Below are positions 29,876 through 32,000 of a stretch of 32,000 nt of DNA, one piece after another. The DNA comes from Alkalilimnicola ehrlichii MLHE-1 (GTDB taxonomy: Bacteria; Pseudomonadota; Gammaproteobacteria; Nitrococcales; Halorhodospiraceae). Numbering within the stretch: position 1 is the first letter of the stretch; every line of letters starts with the position of its first letter. Under the pieces are notes generated by a model. It was given only the letters and a program-made list of their open reading frames with translations. It was not told where the DNA came from and ran no database searches. The DNA is taken from the NCBI RefSeq assembly GCF_000014785.1, contig NC_008340.1:210001-242000 (forward strand), read 5' to 3'. A program made the position numbers and the translations under genes.

Positions 29876-29893
29876 GGTCTGTCCCTAGACTAG
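29876..29893 (-). promoter_or_regulatory. Partial copy of the TetR-type operator upstream of the USP gene
   Basis: gGTCTgtcccTAGACTAG. Compare GTCTAtatcaAGACTAGG upstream of the TetR gene. On the minus strand TAGTCT (29887-29892) could serve as the -10 element. Confidence 0.35.
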
Positions 29894-29931
29894 CGCAGGT
29901 TGCCCCGCGGCGTCGCCACCCCGGGAGGTCT

Positions 29932-29968
29932 GCCGGCACCGATGACGGCCTCCGCCAACGGTGCCGGC
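29932..29968 (-). terminator. Stem-loop just downstream of the cupin gene
   Basis: gccggcacc (29932-29940) and ggtgccggc (29960-29968): perfect 9-bp stem, 19-nt loop, no U-tract. Confidence 0.35.
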
Positions 29969-29973
29969 GCGGT

Positions 29974-30360
29974 TCAGCTGTCCAGCTGCTCTTTCAGGTG
30001 GGCCAGGGTCTGGCAATGCTCTTCTTGTGGGCTGAACAGGATGATCTCGGCGTCCTGCTCCACCCGGAGGGTGTGCCCCGGTGGCCAGTAGAAGAGGTCG
30101 CCGGCGGCCACGGCTTCCTCGCTGCCGTCGCGGTAGGTCATGACCAATCGCCCCTGGATCATGTAGCCCCAGTGGGGGGATTGGCAGAGATTGTCCTTCA
30201 GCCCCTCAAGCAGGGGCGTGATATCAGTGCCGGCCTCGAGGGAGAAGTACTCCCCGGTCATCTTGCTGTAGCCCGTGGCGTCGCCAAAATCCAAAACCTG
30301 GCGGGCGATGGCGCCCGGGGCGTTGAACACCTGAGGTACATCCGACTTCGCGATACGCAT
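29974..30360 (-). CDS. Cupin-domain protein
   Basis: SPHWGYMIQGRLVMTYRDGSEEAVAAGDLFYWPPGHTLRVE is a cupin_2-like fold signature. ATG 30360 is preceded by AGGAGGAGG; the track GTG at 30378 overlaps that SD. Confidence 0.75.
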   Translation of the reverse strand: MRIAKSDVPQVFNAPGAIARQVLDFGDATGYSKMTGEYFSLEAGTDITPLLEGLKDNLCQSPHWGYMIQGRLVMTYRDGSEEAVAAGDLFYWPPGHTLRVEQDAEIILFSPQEEHCQTLAHLKEQLDS

Positions 30361-30393
30361 GGTGGCCTCCTCCTGCACAGCAGGGTTATGCGG

Positions 30394-30444
30394 GTAGACC
30401 GATCAGTCTAACTGGCAGTCTAGGAAAGCCCGGGGGGTGGTCAA
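30394..30444 (-). promoter_or_regulatory. Cupin promoter with TetR-type operator
   Basis: gtagaccgatcagtcta (30394-30410) is identical over 17 of 17 bp to 31105-31121, and a third half-site agtctagg follows. On the minus strand: TTGACC (30444-30439), 16 nt, TAGACT (30422-30417). Confidence 0.6.
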
Positions 30445-30518
30445 GCAAACGATTTTCCGTTGTGTGTACGCCGGCTCGCGTGCAGACAAGATCCCTGCGG
30501 AAAAGGGTGCCCCGGTGA

Positions 30519-31094
30519 TCAGGCGGCGCTGTGGTTGAAGTGGAAATCGAGCATGGCCCGCAACGGTGCCGGGTCCCGCTGCAGGCGGCTGCGCAGTGCC
30601 GCCCCCTCCCAGCAGTCCAGCAGCAGGTCGGCCATATGGTGGACGTCGGTGTCGGGCGGCAGGTCGCCGCGCAGCCGCGCCTGTTCCAGGCAAACCGCGA
30701 TTCGTGCCGTGATCTCGGCGAAACACCACTCGATCTTGTAGCGGAATACATCGCTGGCCGCGGAAAGTTCCTGGCCCAGGTTGCCGAGCAGGCAGCCGCG
30801 ATAGCCCTCGCGACCGTATTTCTCCAACGACAGCGCGAAGAAGGTGTGAATCCGCTCCAGCGGCGCGCGCTCCGGGGCGCTGAGGCAGGCGTCCAGGCCG
30901 GCGTGGACCTCCCGCATGTATCGGTCCACCACCTGCAGGGCAAAGTCCTGTTTGCTGCGGAAATGGTGATAGAACGAGCCCTTGGGAACGCCGCTGGCGG
31001 TGAGCAGCGTTTGCACGCCCAGGTCGTTGTAGCCGTGCTGCAGCAGCAGGTCCAGGCCGACCTCCAGCAGGCGTTGCTTGGTGTCCTTGCGCAT
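30519..31094 (-). CDS. TetR/AcrR family transcriptional regulator
   Basis: N-terminal HTH: RLLEVGLDLLLQHGYNDLGVQTLLTASGVPKGSFYHHFRSKQDF. Confidence 0.92.
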   Translation of the reverse strand: MRKDTKQRLLEVGLDLLLQHGYNDLGVQTLLTASGVPKGSFYHHFRSKQDFALQVVDRYMREVHAGLDACLSAPERAPLERIHTFFALSLEKYGREGYRGCLLGNLGQELSAASDVFRYKIEWCFAEITARIAVCLEQARLRGDLPPDTDVHHMADLLLDCWEGAALRSRLQRDPAPLRAMLDFHFNHSAA

Positions 31095-31104
31095 GGCGGA
31101 ACCC

Positions 31105-31154
31105 GTAGACCGATCAGTCTATATCAAGACTAGGCCAAGGCCGGCCGGCGTCAA
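31105..31154 (-). promoter_or_regulatory. TetR gene promoter with autoregulatory operator
   Basis: gtagaccgatcagtcta (31105-31121) followed by tatcaagactagg, giving overlapping palindromes TAGAC-N6-GTCTA and AGTCT-N6-AGACT. On the minus strand: TTGACG (31154-31149), 16 nt, TAGTCT (31132-31127). Confidence 0.6.
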
Positions 31155-31221
31155 GGTGGAGAGGGCCAATGCCGCCCGATCAAGTCGTGCCCGGCCGTTG
31201 CTCCTCCTTCGCTGGCCCGGG

Positions 31222-32000
31222 TCAGTCGAGCAGGTGCTCGCCGCGCCAAAGGGCCCGCAACGGTTCGCGTTCGCGCACCAAGTGGTGACAGCCGCCAGCC
31301 ACCAACACCTCGGCCGGGCGCGGACGGGTGTTGTAGTTGGACGCCATTACGAAGCCGTAGGCGCCGGCGGAGTGCACCGCCAGCAGGTCGCCCTCGGCCA
31401 GGGCCAGCTCGCGCTGCTTGCCAAGGAAGTCGCCGGTCTCGCAGACAGGGCCGACGATATCCCAGGGCAGGGTGTCGGTGTCGGCCCGCGGGCGCACCGG
31501 GGTGATCGCGTGCCAGCCGTCGTAGAGCGAAGGGCGGAGCAGGTCGTTCATCGCGGCGTCGACCACGGCAAAGCGCTGCTCCGAGCCGTCCTTCAGGTAT
31601 TGCACCCGGGTGATCAGTACGCCGGCGTTGCCCACCACGGCCCGGCCGGGTTCCATCAGCAATTCCAGGTCGCGGCCCTGAAGCCCGTCCAGCAGGACCC
31701 GGGCGTAGTCCTCGGCCGCCGGTGGGGTCTCGTCCCGGTAGCGGATGCCCAGACCGCCGCCCACGTCGAGATGCCGGATGGTGATCCCCTCAGCCGCCAG
31801 CCGGTCTACCAGTGCCAGCACCCGCTCCAGGGCGTCGGCGATGGGTGAGAGGTCGGTGAGTTGCGAGCCGATGTGAAAGTCCACCCCCTCCACGCTAAGG
31901 TGGGCGGCGTTGGCCGCCTGGCGGTAGATGGCCTCCGCCTCACGGATGTCGATCCCGAACTTGTTCTCGCGCAGCCCGGTGGAGATGTAGGGGTGGGTGC
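31222..32000 (-). CDS. lysA: Diaminopimelate decarboxylase LysA, C-terminal part (5' end beyond the window)
   Basis: The frame stays open to the window edge: ..THPYISTGLRENKFGIDI..VEGVDFHIGSQ..LDVGGGLGI..EPGRAVVGNAGVL..CETGDFL..SAGAYGFVMASNYNTRPRPAEVLV. Confidence 0.93.
   Translation of the reverse strand, partial: THPYISTGLRENKFGIDIREAEAIYRQAANAAHLSVEGVDFHIGSQLTDLSPIADALERVLALVDRLAAEGITIRHLDVGGGLGIRYRDETPPAAEDYARVLLDGLQGRDLELLMEPGRAVVGNAGVLITRVQYLKDGSEQRFAVVDAAMNDLLRPSLYDGWHAITPVRPRADTDTLPWDIVGPVCETGDFLGKQRELALAEGDLLAVHSAGAYGFVMASNYNTRPRPAEVLVAGGCHHLVREREPLRALWRGEHLLD

Overview
High-GC (about two-thirds G+C by eye) chromosomal segment with gammaproteobacterial synteny: lptD-surA-pdxA lies divergent from amgK-murU, as in Pseudomonas. 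All calls rest on reading the sequence and the supplied ORF track; no searches were run, and start codons were chosen by hand. Contents from left to right. (1) A dispersed-repeat cluster, then lipB. (2) A urea-utilisation island of about 13 kb: ureJ(hupE)-ureD-ureA-ureB-ureC, a tandem-repeat array, ureE-ureF, a nested palindrome, ureG, then the urea ABC transporter urtABCDE. urtA sits behind a near-consensus sigma54 promoter with an NtrC-like upstream site. (3) A nitrate/nitrite-porter-type MFS gene and an orphan TAXI solute-binding protein. (4) A co-directional, tightly spaced gene string: amgK, murU, a GCS2-type carboxylate-amine ligase and an AstE/AspA-type zinc deacylase. (5) lptD-surA-pdxA. 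(6) Where rsmA/apaG/apaH would normally follow pdxA, a seven-gene minus-strand accessory cluster: TetR, cupin, tandem USP, gamma-carbonic-anhydrase-like LbH protein, a second AstE/AspA-type deacylase, an MFS transporter and an orphan MoaD/ThiS-like GG-terminal protein. Its first two genes carry an identical 17-bp operator, and the USP gene carries a partial one. (7) The 3' part of lysA. No canonical mobile-element genes, CRISPR arrays, tRNA or rRNA genes, or recognisable defence genes were seen. The observations most worth following up are the repeat elements inside the urease operon, a DnaA-box triplet in an intergenic region, and the two uncharacterised deacylase-containing gene strings. Many long ORFs in the track are antisense shadow ORFs typical of high-GC DNA and were not called.
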